Below, piece after piece: positions 13,380-27,107 of a stretch of DNA of 64,000 nt. How positions within the stretch are numbered: position 1 is the stretch's first letter; each line of letters starts with the position of its first letter. The notes under the pieces were generated by a model, which did no database searches, was not told where the DNA came from, and worked only from the letters and a program-made list of their open reading frames with translations. A program made the translations under genes and the position numbers. The stretch is from Mobula hypostoma (lineage: Eukaryota): NCBI RefSeq assembly GCF_963921235.1, contig NC_086128.1:13268001-13332000 (forward strand). Reading direction: 5' to 3'.

Positions 13380-14100
13380 TACAGGGTTAATGGCAGGATT
13401 CATAGCAGTGTGAAGGAACGGAGGGATCGTGAGGTCCACATCCATAGATCCCTCAAAGTTGCCACACAAGTTAAGAAGGTGTATGGTGTGTTGACCTTCA
13501 TTAGTCAGGGGATTGAGTTCAAGAACCGCGAGGTAATGTTGCAGATCTATAAAACCCTGGTTACACCACACTTGGAGTATTGTGTTCAGTTCTGGTTGCC
13601 TCATTATAGGAAGCATGTGGAAGCTTTAGAGAGGGTGCAGAGGAGATTTACTATGATGCTACCTGGATTAGAGAGCATCTTATGTGAATAGGTTGAGCGA
13701 ACTAGGGCTTTTCTCTTTGGAGTGAAGGAGGATGAGGGGTGACTTGATAGAGGTGTATAAGATGATAAGAGGCATTGATCATGTGGACAGCCGGAGACTT
13801 TTTCAAAAAGGTAGAAATGGGTAATCTGAGAGGCTATAATTTTAAGGTGATTGGAGGGAAGTATTGGGGGGATATTAGAGGTAAGACTTTTACACAGACG
13901 TTGGTGAGAGCATAGAACACACTGCCAGGGGTGGTGGTAGAGGCAGCCCTGCCTCTACATTAGGGACATTTAAGAAATTCTTAGACAGATACATGGATGT
14001 TTATGTAGGTGGGAAGGGTAGATTGATCTTAGAATAGATGAACAAGTTGGCACAACATTGTGGGCTAAAGGGCTTGTACTGTGCTATAATGTTCTATGTT
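13380..14100 (+). mobile_element. CR1 3' fragment
   Basis: YKTLVTPHLEYCVQFW, LERVQRRFT, TGTTCTA tail. Confidence 0.85.
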
Positions 14101-15122
14101 AATGCAAGGAGTAACTGAATTTCTTTTCCAAATTGGGCACAGTATTCTGCTTTCTGCACCGAAGAGTGCAGGCTAGGTTTGATATTTCCTCCGGCAATGC
14201 AGCACCTTCTTAGCACCAGTAAGATTCTCCCTAGATAGTCTGCAAATGCCAGGCACTGACTATCTCCAATAAAAAAGAGTTGACGCTTTATCCTTGATAT
14301 TCAACAGCACCAACTGTTGAAATACTGTGGCTACCAACAGCAGGTTAGAGGCTGGATCTCCCACATAGGCTGTGATATGGTTTCACTCCCGGTTACTTCC
14401 TTCCCCTTCACCCCAGCAATAAGCTGCTGGTATTCCACATCTAGGTCAGGACCTTTCACTGGTCATTGTCTCCAACGCCCGACCAGCTACCTCTTCCCAT
14501 CCTCAGCGAAAACCTGAAACAGCACTTCATGAGCAATATATCTGCTCATGATTGTACTTTCGATAGATCAGCGAACAGCAACAGGAGCCTAGCTGATTTT
14601 TGAAAACATAAACATTCACGGGATGTAGATGTTACTTTCTAGGCAAGACCAGGTAAGGCAGATTTTCTTTTACAAAAGACACCAGCAAACAAAATGGGGT
14701 TTGTGCCATTATAGTTGACATTAGCAATTAATTCAATTACCATGATAGTGGAAATTGAACTCACGTCTTTGGATCAGTATTTTAGGCTTCTGCATAATGA
14801 CCTTAACAATTTAACTACTGTGCCATCATCTCTTATGTCTTCCCTAAACCCTGACACTAACATTATTCCCCAACTGCTGATCTGGTGAGATTATCTAAGT
14901 CAGCACTTGTCAGAGTATTTGGTTTACAATTTTCTGGTCTGTATAAATTAGTAATACACTAGCTAGTGCTCTCATCTATGGAACGTCACAGGTGCTAACT
15001 CTAATATATCTTCATAAAGTAATATTTGTGGCCAACCACATGTCTAGCACAGAGTCACAAAAACAATCCCTTTAAAGTCAGGCTACTAACATAAGTGAGA
15101 AGACAGGTGTATCATGTTAATT

Positions 15123-15341
15123 TTAACTGTGGTCCTGCACTTTTGCAGTTGGTTTCACTCGCATTGCGGACTGGGTGACCGTCAGCAATGATGAACGTGA
15201 CACACTGGCCGTTTCCACAATCTCAATATCTTTGCAGGTGATACAGGCAATGAGCTTCTCTTGGGAGGCACTGGAGGCAAAACAGAACTCGTAAGAAATA
15301 CCACCGAGAACAGCACCAAGAATGGGGCCAATCCAGTACAC
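15123..15341 (-). CDS. aqp14: Aquaporin-14-like, exon 5 (TM6 and C-tail, stop TAA)
   Basis: ttgcag|GTG, then VYWIGPILGAVLGGISYEF...KLIACITCKDIEIVETASVSRSSLLTVTQSAMR. The C-tail is recalled as Aqp14-type. Total protein is 278 aa. Confidence 0.92.
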   Translation of the reverse strand: MYWIGPILGAVLGGISYEFCFASSASQEKLIACITCKDIEIVETASVSRSSLLTVTQSAMRVKPTAKVQDHS

Positions 15342-16509
15342 CTGCAAGAACAATGGTAGAAAGCTCCTATTAGCATACAGTATCATATGTGATGGCACAT
15401 CAATGTAATAGACACCAGATAATCTCCATAAAGGTTTGAATTCTAGACTGGTACCTGTCACTTGTTACAAAGCTCCTGTTACCAATCAAATACATATAAC
15501 ACCAATCCAGTGCTAGTGTGGAGACTTGGACTCTAAAAGCACACACTTCACATTATCGAAGTTAACCTGTGTTGTGGGAATGTCGCAGTGGTGTTCGTTT
15601 GTTCCCAGGTCCTTCAAACCTCCTTCCATAACCCAACAGTATAGACAGGGCAGGACCAAAAGCCATGGTGAATCTGCTTTCTCTCTTAGTGGAACTTGCC
15701 TTATGCTTGGCACTTTTCTTAATGACGGGGCTTGAAATCTCACCACAGGAGGAAATAAGGCTAATGCTAATTATAGCTCCCCAACTGTTGGCTTGGTGCA
15801 ATCGAGGAAATCAGTGAATACTGGGGGATTTGATACAACTTTCTATCCTGTATGGAGCTGTATCACACGAACCAGTGCACTCACCAATGGAAACATTTGG
15901 GGATGGAGGGGTTAACAAAAATACTTGTTCCAACCTCTAAATGTAAGTACTGCAGGCATAAAAAAAATGTCTTAAATTTTAAAGCATCAAAAGGCGACTG
16001 CAGTGTATTTTTGAAATGCGAATGAAATTTTTCAATACATAAATATTTAAGGGAAGTAATGCCATGGAAAATTCTGCAGAACATTTGTTATTTCTTTGGC
16101 AGATCCTCCTCAGACTAGGAATTGAAAACTGAAGTGAGGGAAATGACATTTTAAAAAACCCTTTGGATGAGTTGCTTACTGCTATTCAGCAATGATCATT
16201 GTTGTATGATAGGCCATCAATGCCTGACACCAGTCCTGTTGGCTGGTCACCATTTCCCTCAGTCACACCTCTCCCCAAAAGCCCAGAGTATCTTCTTGAA
16301 TGGAGTTGCCTGGTAACTTATTCCACAACTTTGTGTTTTTTACTTGTTCATTTTTACTGAATCTGGGCATCACCTGGCAAGGCCAATGTTTATTGTTTAA
16401 ATTCTCCCTGGGAAGGTGGTGGACAGCTGCGGCCTTCTTGAATCTGCTGGGCGCGTGTTCTGGGATTTAGATGAAGTGATAATGAAAGAATGATGACTTT
16501 TTTCCCCTC

Positions 16510-18190
16510 TTTTTTTCAGCACAATACAGGCTCTTTGGCCCACTATATTGCGCTGACCTTATAACCCACCTACTCCAAGATCAATCTAAACCTTCCCTCC
16601 CACATAGTCCTCCATTTTACTTTCATCCATTGTGCCTATCTAAGAGTCTCTTAAATGTCTCTAATGTATCTACTTCTACCACCACCCACGGCAGAGGGTT
16701 CCACAAACCCACCACACTCTCTGTAAAAACCTACCTCTGACATTCCCCCCTAAATTTGCCGCAACATTACCTCGTGGCTCTTGAACTCAATTCCCCGACA
16801 CACCATACACCTTGTTAACCATCCTATGTGCTGATCTTTGAAGGATCTATGTATGTAAATCCCAAGACCCCTTTGCTCCTCCGCACTGTTAAGAATTCTG
16901 TCATTCTGCCTTCAAGTTGGACCTTCCAAAGTGAATCAATTCTCATTTTTCTGGATTGAACTCCATCTGCCACTTCTCAGCCCAGATCTGCAAGTTATCA
17001 CTGTCCTGTTGTAACCTACGACAACCTTCTACACTACCCACACCTATTCTACGCTGTTCTCGGATCCATCAAGGTCCTCTCACTGGTGAATACTGAAGCA
17101 AAGTATTCACTATGGAACTCCCCTACCTCCTTCGATTCCAGGCACAGTTGAGAGATTTCCAAATCAGGATAGTTTGAAACTTGGAGGGGAACCTGCAGTG
17201 GTGGTGTTGTAGTGTACATGATGTCCTTGTCCTTCTTGGTGATAGAGCCTGAAGAAGCTAGGTGACTATTACAGTGCATTTAAGACCATAAGACCATAAG
17301 ACATAGGAGCAGAATTAGCCCATTTGGCCCATCGAGTCTACTCCTCCATTCAATCATGGCTGATCCTTTTGCCCTCCTCAGCCCCACTCCCCGGCCATCT
17401 TCCCATAACCTTTGATGCCATGTCAAATTAAGAACCTATCAATCTCTGCCTTAAATACACCCAATGACCTGATCTCCACAGCTGCATGTGGCAACAAATT
17501 CCACAAATTCACCAACCTCTGGCTAAAGAGATTTCTCTGCATCTCTGTTTAATGGATACCCTGCTATTCTGAGGCTGTGCCCTCTTGTCCTAGACTCCTC
17601 CACCATGGGAAACATTCTTTCCACATCTACTCTGTCTAGGCCTTTCAACATTCGAAAGGTTTCAATGAGATTCCCCCCTCATCCTTCTGAATTCTAGCGA
17701 GTACAGGCCCAGAAAACGTTCCTCATATGATAACCCTTTCATTCCTGGAATCATCCTTGTGAATCTCCTCTGGACCCTCTCCAATGCCAGCACATCTTTT
17801 CTAAGATGAAGAGCCCAAAACTGTTCACAATACTCAAGGTAAGGCCTCACTAGTGCCTTATAAAGCCTCAGCATCTCATCCTTGCTCTTGTATTCTGGAC
17901 CTCTTGAAATGAATGCTAACATTGCATTTGCCTTCCTCACCACTGACTCGACCTGCAAGTTAACCTTTAGGGTATTCTGCACAAGGACTCCCAAGTCCCT
18001 TTGCATCTCAGATTTTTGGATTTTCTCCCCATTTAGAAAATAGTCTGCACATTTATTTCTACTACCAAAGTGCATGACAATGCATTTTCCAACATTGTAT
18101 TTCATTTGCCACTTTCTTGCCCATTCTCCTAATCTGTCTAAATCTTTCTGCAGCCTACCTGTTTCCTCAACACTGCCCGCCCCGCCACCA
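16510..18190 (-). mobile_element. Cluster of CR1 fragments in aqp14 intron 4
   Basis: RT C-terminal ORF 17662-18105, (TAAGACCA)n tail at 17281, and a second CR1 3' end near 16510. Confidence 0.85.
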
Positions 18191-19494
18191 ATTTTGGTTG
18201 AAAAGATTCAGCTTTCAAAGGATGTCACTTCTTTGAATATGTAATAAACATTGCCACCTTTAAGTGTCAATAAAATGATAGTTTTCACAGATTACTTGCA
18301 AAAAAGCCACTGTCATACTGCTTTAGAAGTAGGAAACTTCCACCATTGCTGAGCTGTGAACAAAATTCCTTCTGACTACAGCAAGCTTTTAAAATTGTGC
18401 TCACTTCATAAACAGTCACAACGGGAACTGAGACATCTTTCCATTCTCTCGCCAAAGTAACTGTCGTTGCAGATGAAGCCAGCTAGCAAATGCTGGAAGG
18501 CCCCTCTAGCACAATGCTAACATTTGCTAATTATTCCTGATCTTTGATTTAACCTGCCAAATTGATGATATGATAGTCCAATACTCCATCAAGGAGTGTT
18601 TTTACCCTTTGAGGCAAGGGCTGTTTCTCAATTGACTTTTGAAATAAACTTTAATCAATGTACAGCAGGGCTTCCCAACCTAGTTAACGGAATGGCTCAT
18701 TGGCATATAAAAAGGCTGGGAACCCCTGGTTTGCAGCCTCACTCTGTTGAGCATCACTCCACTGTTATCAGTTAGCAATAGGGGCTGAGGTCAGGGACTG
18801 AAACCACAGTGTACACTGCACAGTTAGCAACACAGAACAAGAACATGACGAGATCTATTTGTGTTGCATCTGAATTTACAAACGGCCTGAAGTGTTTAGG
18901 TATAAAGAGTAGGAGAACTTCATTTAAGCCCAGGTTGCCCTGCATATAAACGTCAGTGAGTTCCTGATCTTTGCCCCAGGAAGATGCTGTGCCCTGAATT
19001 CACCATAACAAAGAGCAAGCCCCTTTTGGTCTTTGGGAAACTGAGTGCAAAGATATGTTGTTGGATGTTAACTGCAGAATTTTTATGCGCTGCGCATTGT
19101 GTTACTGCATTTTTGCTTTCTCAGTTTTCCAGTCTTGGATGTCTGCTTGCTGCATCTTGCTTTCCTGCACTCACGCATTTATGGAGGGCCGTGTAGGATG
19201 GGATGGGGGCAGGTAGGAAAGAAGACAAACCCTCTCTTGCTCAATAAGCATCCCAAAGAAATAGATACAGTAGGTTATGTTTTACTCCCATAAAATGAAG
19301 GAGTGCTTTATGTGCCCCATCATAAGCCGGTAGATTTAAAGTCTAGCGCTTGCTCTGCTTTTATGCATTCCATTTGCAGCACCTAGGCTTCTGGATTCTG
19401 CATTCCTGAACCTTTGCATTTGTGGTTATTTGCTTGCTGGACTCTTGCTTTCCTGCTGGTTAGGACATTGCTGGCAAAGATTTTTGCATTCAGC

Positions 19495-19870
19495 GCCTTT
19501 TGTGACCTAAGAACATCCCAAAGACAATCAATTGCATTCATTCTTGTAAACCTGAAACACAGTGGCTAATTTGCACTCAGCAACATCCACAGTGTTTGTG
19601 ATAATGACCCAATAATCTTTTTGGTTTAGGAATAAGCGTTAGCTAAGACTCTGGGGAGAACCCCCTAACTCTTCTCTAAAGTAAGACCCTGGGATCTTTT
19701 ACTCAAGAGAGCAAACTATTGTTTAACATCTCATTTAAACACAGCAGCTCTGATGGTGCAGCTGTCAGAGAGTGTTGGACTATTTTGTCCTCTAATTTCT
19801 CAAGCGGGGTTTAAGCACATGATCATCTGGTTCAGAGGAAAAGGTGCTACTCAGAGGCATAGTTGACACC
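19495..19870 (-). mobile_element. Ancient Deu-domain SINE (SacSINE1-like)
   Basis: GTGATAATGACC...GGGGAGAACCCCCT..CTCTTCT..GGGATCTTTTAC..GTTTAACATCTCAT matches the recalled Deu domain. A second copy at ~28590-29220 is split by the RTE-like element. Confidence 0.65.
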
Positions 19871-20034
19871 TTTCCTAGTTACCCTTAGAAACTAGATCAT
19901 GCAAGTCATTTCAGAGAACTCTAAGGTCTAGAGTCATATATACACTAGAATGGTTAAAGACACCACGATTTCCTTCCTAAATGGAACATAAGTGAACTTA
20001 TTTGGTTTTCAACAGCAAACCAACAGTTTCATAC

Positions 20035-20172
20035 CAGGACTGATGAAGGGTCTCGGCCTGAAATATCGACTGTTTATTCCCCTCCGTAGACACTGCCTGA
20101 CCTGCCGAGTTCCTCCAGAATTTTGTGTGTGTTGTTCAAGATTTCCAGCATCTGTAGAATTGCTTGTGTTTC
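20035..20172 (+). mobile_element. Penelope pLTR 3' fragment with hammerhead core, in an aqp14 intron
   Basis: CTGATGAAGGGTCTCGGCCTGAAATATCGACTG...TTCCAGCATCTGTAG tail. Confidence 0.7.
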
Positions 20173-20346
20173 AAACTAACGAATCATTTCCAGATTTTGT
20201 AAATTGAATTAAAATTCTTAATATGCCATGTGCCATCTGAACTCCATTTCTTTAAGTTCTTAGTCCATGAATCCAGGTTCCAGTAACAAATCTTGGTAGT
20301 AGAGTACCCACTTGCTAGCAAAACCACAAGGCACATCTTCCAACTA

Positions 20347-20910
20347 GACACTGGGCCAGACAGCATATACCCCAGGTTACTACGGCAAGCGAGGAAAGAG
20401 ATTGTTGCACCTTTGAAGATGATCTTTGTGTCCTCACTGGCCACAGGAGCAGTTCCAGATGATTGGAGGGTGGCAAATGTTATTCCTTTGTTCAAAAAAG
20501 GGAGTGGGGTTAATTCTGGGAATTATAGACCAGTGAGTCTGACATCAGTGGTGGGCATATTATTGGAGAGGATTTTTAGAGACAGGACTTACGAGCATTT
20601 GGAGAAGCATAGTCTGATTAGGGATAGCCAGCATGGCTTTGTGAGGGGCAGGTTGTGCCTCTGAAGGCATGTATCTAAGGTTTAAAAGAGATGTGTGGGG
20701 CAAGTTATTTTACACAGAGAATGGTGCGTGCTGGAATGTGCTGCCAGGGGTTGTGGTGGAGGCAGATACAATAGAGATGTTTAAGAGTCTGGTAGATTTG
20801 TACATGAATGGATGAATATGTATCATGTACAGGCCGATGGGATTAGTTTAATTCAGCATCATGTTCGGCACAGACATAGTGGGCTGTTGCCTGTTCCTGT
20901 TCTATGGTTC
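20347..20910 (+). mobile_element. Internally deleted CR1 fragment
   Basis: GPDSIYPRLL..NVIPLFKKG..NYRPVSLTS..DSQHGF joined to a CR1 3' end. Confidence 0.8.
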
Positions 20911-21393
20911 TTATCGGAAAATCTGTAGAAATCAAAATCACTGTATAAAATAAAGGGGTTGCCTATTGAAAGCAAAGTTGTGAGTTTTTCCTCTCTCCAT
21001 GGGTCCCAAATCTCGAGCTCTCTTCCTCAAAAGGCGGAGGAAGCAGAGTCATTGAATATTTTTAAGGCATTGACAAATAGATTATTTAAGCAAAGAGTGA
21101 AAGGATACAGTGAGTAGACAGGAATGCACAACCGTCCCCAAATAAACATCTGAAATCTATTTTTCAGAGCTGAATATATTTCAGAATTAAAGACAAAGGA
21201 ATATTATTTTTTACGACCTCTAGAGGGTTGTCATGGGACATTGCACAAAATTGTTTTAAACAAGAACAGAACTTTTCCTTTTACATTGAAACACATCATT
21301 GTTCACTTGTGATGTATGGGCCAAGAGGACCGCTGAAAGCATCTACAGATGATATATTGCATGTGTACTGGTCATTGAAAGCCTCTGAGTTAC

Positions 21394-21474
21394 CCAGTGA
21401 TGCTCCCAGATTCCAGTGATTACTGCTGGTCCAAGTGATCTCGCAGGATTCAGGCTGCCTCCTGAGAACTTTCC
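21394..21474 (-). CDS. aqp14: Aquaporin-14-like, exon 4 (second NPA)
   Basis: Absent from the ORF track. ctctag|GGA...TGG|gtaac, 81 nt, [27 protein letters not shown]. This is the 81-nt exon typical of classical aquaporins. Confidence 0.95.
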
Positions 21475-21940
21475 CTAGAGGACAAAAGCAGAGAGGTCAG
21501 GCAGAAGCGCATCCATTGTGGCACTTGACTGAGTGGGAACTCAGACACACATTTCCTGATCAGCTGTCCAGAATTGCCTGTCGGAATCCCTGTTTCAGAC
21601 ATCCTCGGTGGGAATATAAACCAGTACTGTTCCCCATCAAATCTGAGCTAATGCTAATGAAGGCCCCTGCTGTTAAAAATAGCATACATTGTCACCTTTC
21701 AAACCCTAATGTTTATCAAAGTCTAATGGTGTCATCTAATGGTGTCTTCAATCTCTCCTCACTGCCCTGTCACATGCAAGTTCGACTGGCAGACAGAAAT
21801 GCCTGGCCAAATTTCCAGACATAGATCGACCCAGAAATTATTTCAGTCCCTTTCTGTAAAGGAAGCATTGTTATTTGATGTCATGAGGCTCTCTGTGCCA
21901 TAAATCCGCTGATTAAGCAACGGATAATTATGGTTCTTAC

Positions 21941-22105
21941 CGATGCCAGGATTCCAGTCGTCAGGCTGAAGGCTATTGCCAAATTTCCAGGCTCTCCCAC
22001 TTCCCTGCGTCGATGATCATCCACAGCAAATATTGTGAAAACCAGCTGGAATGTGGCAAAAATCTCCATCACCAGTGCTTGGCCTGCATTTCCATCTTTG
22101 TTGAT
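21941..22105 (-). CDS. aqp14: Aquaporin-14-like, exon 3 (TM4-TM5)
   Basis: Acceptor aagcag, donor gtaaga, 165 nt. Encodes GQALVMEIFATFQLVFTIFAVDDHRRRE...LAIAFSLTTGILAS. Confidence 0.93.
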
Positions 22106-22315
22106 CTGCTTGGAAACATGCAAATGGTTACTCCAGCAGCACTTCCCAAGCCCATGATCTTTACCATGAAAGAGGGCCAGAACCTCAGGCACAGGGGGAC
22201 ACATCCACTGCAAGTTCCCCTCTGAGACACACTCCACCTGAACTTGGAAATGTAGCCCCTGTCCTTCATTGTTGCCTGCTTAAGAATGTTGAAACTGTCA
22301 CCTAGGACTCCATCG

Positions 22316-23540
22316 CATAAGACCATAAGACATAGGAGCAGAATTAGGCCATTCAGCCCATCAAGTCTGCTCCACCATTCCATCATGGCTGATCCTGGAT
22401 CCCACTCAACCCCATATACCTGCCTTCTCACCATACCCTTTGATGCCCTGACCAATCAGGAAATGATCAACTTCCACCTTAAATATACCCACGGACTTGG
22501 CCTCCATCGCAGTCTGTGGCAGAACATTCCACAGATTCACTACTCCCTGGCTAAAAAAAATTCCTCCTTACCTCTGTTCTAAAAGGACGGCCTTCAATTT
22601 TGAGGCTGTGCCCTTTAGTTCTGGATTCCCCTACCACAGGAAACATCCTCTCCACATCCATCTTATCTAGTCCTTTCAACATTCGGTAGGTTTCAATGAG
22701 ATCCCCCCACATGCTTCTAAGTTCCAGTGAATACAGGCCCAAAGCAGCCAAACGCTCCTCACATGTTAACCCCTTCAGTCCCAGAATCATCCTTGTGAAC
22801 CTCCTCTGGATTCTCTCCAATGACAACACATCCTTTCTGAGCTATGGGACCCAAAACTGTTGATAATACTCCAAGTGCAGCCTGACTAGTGTGTTAAAGG
22901 CTCAGCATTATCTCCTTGTTTTTATATTCTATTCCCCTTGAAATAAATGCCAACATTGCATTTGTTGCTTTTACCACAGACTCGACCTGTAAGTTAACCT
23001 TCTGGGGGTCTTGCATGAGGACTCCTAAGTCCCTCTGCACCTCTGATGTTTGAACTTTCTCCCCATTTAGATAATAGTCCGCACTATTGTTCCTTTTACC
23101 AAAATGCATTATCATACATTTTCCAACACTATATTCTATCTGCCAATTTTTTGTCCGATCTTCCAATTTGTCCAAGTCCTGCTACAATCACATTGCTTCC
23201 TCAGCACTACCTACATCTCCACCTATCTTCATGTCATAGAATCATAGAAATCTACAGCATATTACAGGCCCTTCGGCCCACAATGTTGTGCCAACCATGC
23301 AACCTACTCACCTGCAAACTTTGCCACAAAGCCATCAGTTCCATTACCCAGATCATTGACAAACAATGTGAAAAGTAGTGGTCCCAATACTGACCCCTGC
23401 AGAACACCACTAGTCACTGGCAGCCAACCAGAAAAGGCCCCCTTTTTTCCCACTCACTGTCTCCTGTCTGTCAGCCATTCCACTATCCATGCCAGTGTCT
23501 TTCCTGTAACACCATAGGATTTTACCTTGTTAAGCAGCCC
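22316..23540 (-). mobile_element. CR1 3' fragment in aqp14 intron 2
   Basis: RT ORF pieces 22551-22829 and 22894-23175. A short second CR1 tail is inserted at ~23235-23310. Confidence 0.85.
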
Positions 23541-23945
23541 GTGTCAGTAACATCAAATACATTCTACTCCAACTTCAAAATTTATTTCACTGGCTTCATT
23601 GGAATGAATTTTGGAGGTAAAGTACAATGCTCTGATGTTACTGCATATATCATTTGGCACTAGCAACCAATGATGAATATCAAGATGCATGTTTTTAGAT
23701 GTTTTCATAGGTCTCTTTATCGATGTATAGAGGTAGTAAGATTACAAGAGTGTTCAGTGCCCATGTTTTTATGAGAATGCCTGTCAGCAACTCTGTGCCA
23801 TTCCCCAGCTTTCCAATGTCCACCGTGAAGTGATTCGTTTACTTTTGTTTTGTTTTGGCTCCATTCTCCACTTTGGAAAAATGCACCTTTACTGTAAACC
23901 AAGAGAGAAAGCATCATAATGAACTAGCAAGGAAAATGGACTCAC

Positions 23946-24302
23946 CATGTTGACTAAAAGTCTTGATGTTGACTTGGCCGGGAGTGACATGTAGATGATC
24001 CCTGATCCAATCACTGCGCCGAGGCACTGCGCCAGAAGGTAGAACACAAACTGGAGGAAGTCCAGCTTCCTGGTGCACAGGAAAGCGAGGGTGACAGCTG
24101 GGTTCATCTGCGCCCCACTGATTTCTCCAAAGCAGTGGATCAGGCTGAGTGCCGAAAAGCCAGCAGCCACAGCCACCTGCATCAGGTCCGAAGCTCCACC
24201 TTCCTGCCCAGGGGCAGAGGCTCCCAGGATAACTGAAACCAAGATCAGTGAACCGAGCAGCTCTGCTAAGACTGAACGCCAGAACCTGCGACTCCTCAGC
24301 TC
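23946..24302 (-). CDS. aqp14: Aquaporin-14-like, exon 2 (TM1-TM3, first NPA: ISGAQMNPAVT)
   Basis: Acceptor ttgccttag, donor gtgagt, 357 nt, phase 0/0. Encodes FWRSVLAELLGS and SGAQMNPAVT MIP-family motifs. Confidence 0.93.
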
Positions 24303-25129
24303 CTAAGGCAAACACAGACAATGTCACCATGGAAATCCTTCTCTGCTTTTAGATTTTGTTTCCTTGCAATCTTCATTTATGGGATAGTCACATGTACTGG
24401 TTGGACAATTCCTACCTAATGGATTATTACAAATCAGGCCGATTTGGTCTCTGCCTGTATTTAAACTCCACAGAGTCTGCCTCACCTCATCTCATCAAGT
24501 TTGCCTCTCATTCTAATCCAGCTTCTCATTTAAAAGCAAACAGAGGTCAGATGATCTTCTCTGTGCCATTTTCCTCAGTTCCCTTAACATCCATCCTGAT
24601 GGCTTTCGCACTCTTTGCTAACATCATATAGAACACTTCTGCCCCAACACTAGTTTGCCCCACCTACTCACTCACAAGTCAAACCCAACCTCTGTCTTTC
24701 CCAAAAGAATGACTTGGTTTCTGGTGAGAACAGACTTCTTCACCAAATGTGCATTTATATGTCTCAGGTGGAGTCTGCAGGTGTTACTAGAAGAACCCAG
24801 TGCTGCCTTGTGATTCCCTGTTCTGCCCTCTTCCTTTCCAGTCCCGATGAAGGGTCTTGGCCCGAAATGTCGACTGTTTCTTTCCCTCCATAGGTGCTCC
24901 CTGACCTGTTGAGTTCCTTAAGCATTTTGTTTGTTCCGTATGAATTTCCCAAAGACTCCAGCTGTTTTCCATAGATTTCCATATTGAAATATCCCTCAGA
25001 CTGGTGTTTTTTGTTTACCCATTCATGGGACGTGATATTGTTGCTTCATTTTGCCCCATCTTCTTTCTATCCTGCTCTCCACAGACAGGTTTAGACTGGG
25101 TACACAGAGAGAAGCTGCTCTCATTAATG

Positions 25130-25500
25130 TATGGTTCCAGGGTCAGAGTTGGAGATTCAAGGTGAAGGGCAATAGAGGGGTATAGATAGGGTAGATGCAA
25201 GCAGGCTTTTCCACTGAGGTAGGGTGGGACAACAACCAGAGTTCATGGCTAAAGGGTGAAAGGTGAAAAGTTTAAGGGATCATGAGGGGAAACTTCTTCG
25301 CTCAGGGTGTGGAATGAGCCGCCAGCACAAGTGGCGCACGTGAGCTTGATTTCAACGTTTAAGAGAAATTTGGATGGGTACATGGATAGTAGGGGTATGG
25401 AGGGCTGTGGTCAATGTGGTTAGGCAGTTCAAATGGTTTTGGCATGGACTAGATGGGCTGAGGGGCCGGTTTGTGTGCTGCACTTCTCTATGACTCTATA
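25130..25500 (+). mobile_element. CR1 3' end
   Basis: ...AGATGGGCTGAGGGGCCGGTTTGTGTGCTG..TCTATGACTCTAT tail. Confidence 0.75.
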
Positions 25501-27107
25501 GAGAGCACACAAGAAAGACCTTTTACAGAGAGGGCTTATATCCCGTAACTCATGACCTGTGGAAGTAGAATCAATCAAGGCTTTTGAAAGGGATTGGATG
25601 GGTAGTTGAGGGGAAATGGTCTGCAGGGCTGCAGGGAAAGGGCAGTGTGTGGGCTTGAAGAGACTGACTGTAAGGAGGTGACATAGACCCAAGGGACTGA
25701 ATCGAGACTCGATTTTTTTAAACTCTGTTTTTCACCAGACAAGTTGAACACTATTCACGTAACACAGAGTCATTTCACCGGAGGTATCCACAGAGAATTA
25801 ATAGATTCTCCACAATCAGAATCAGAATCTGGTTTATTATCACTCACATATGTCATGAAATTTGTTGTTATGCAGCAGCAGTACAGTGAAATAGATAAAA
25901 AAAACTATACATTACAATAAGAAATATATAATAAATAAATAAATATTGCAAAACAGGCAAAATAGTGACGTAGTGACCATGAGTTCATGGACCATTCAGA
26001 AATCTGATGGCAGAAGATTCTCAAATCGTCTTCGGGCTCCTGTACCTCCTCCTCAGGGGTAGTAATGAGAAGAGGGCATGTCCTGGATGGTGAGGGTCCT
26101 TAATGATGGATGCCACTTTCTTGAGGCACTGTCTCCTGAAGACTCACTACAGACGAGGAAGCCCCCAAACACTATAACTTACCCAGTGTGACTCTGTTCA
26201 GCTGCAATGACGGGGCTGGGCATGAACAGTGAAAAGGAAAGCCTCCAGAGCTGTCTGACAGGAGCCAAGCACCACCTGAACAGCATTTGTACAGGAGAAC
26301 AGGCACCATTTACACAACAACTGCACTCATCCAACAACTTGAAAATGAATACTGGCTTCTCCATCACTAGGACATCTCTTTCAGTAATTACACAGCAATT
26401 CTGTTAAGCTGGCCAGATCAGTTAATTCATTTACAGCATCTGCCCACAGGAGGGAACACTGCATATAACATCCATTCGATCCCACACAAAGCCATGTTGT
26501 TTTGTCACAGCACAGATGGATGTGATTACAGACTTAGTAATTTATACTGTATAAAAACCCATATCTCCCAATGCATGGACTTATGAACATTGTATTTCCA
26601 CCATCAACCTATCAATCACTTGTACTTCTTTCTGCCACTAAATTATTTCCATATATCCATTTCTTTAATAACCTTGTACACCATCTTAATTTATAGTTAC
26701 ACTTCACATTTTAACGTCCATCCATTGTCTGTCTGTTTATACCACCTTGCAGTTTTCTATCCTTGCCTCCTCTTTCAGAAGTAAACCTATCTGCTTGTGT
26801 TTATCCATCAATTGACTTCGTGCAGCAGTGGCTAATTTTCGTTCGCTTTTGATGAATCTTTACTTGTTTGCTCCATCTGTCACTGTCTCTCCACACTATT
26901 TGCCACGCTAAGGCACATCGCTAGTCAGTTCGAAAATACAAGTTTAAAGCTGTAATCTGCAGACAGTGAACACTTCAAACCACTTGTTTAAGCACACTCA
27001 AACAAAATAATTCAGAATCCCATGTCGAGCCATCTAGAAATTACCTGCAGTTGGTAAATTAATTCTCCGATTGATTGGGGAGGGGAGAATTAAACTCTTT
27101 TTCTTAC

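Noticed and set aside
15881-15930. 'NPSIPKCFHW' followed by a donor-like GTGAGT as a possible aquaporin exon 4
   Set aside because: Wrong phase and no NPAR motif. The true exon is 21394-21474.
26183-26275. 93-nt candidate cassette exon in aqp14 intron 1 (ttcag|...|gtaagt)
   Set aside because: It has an in-frame TGA and a weak pyrimidine tract. Not supportable without RNA data.
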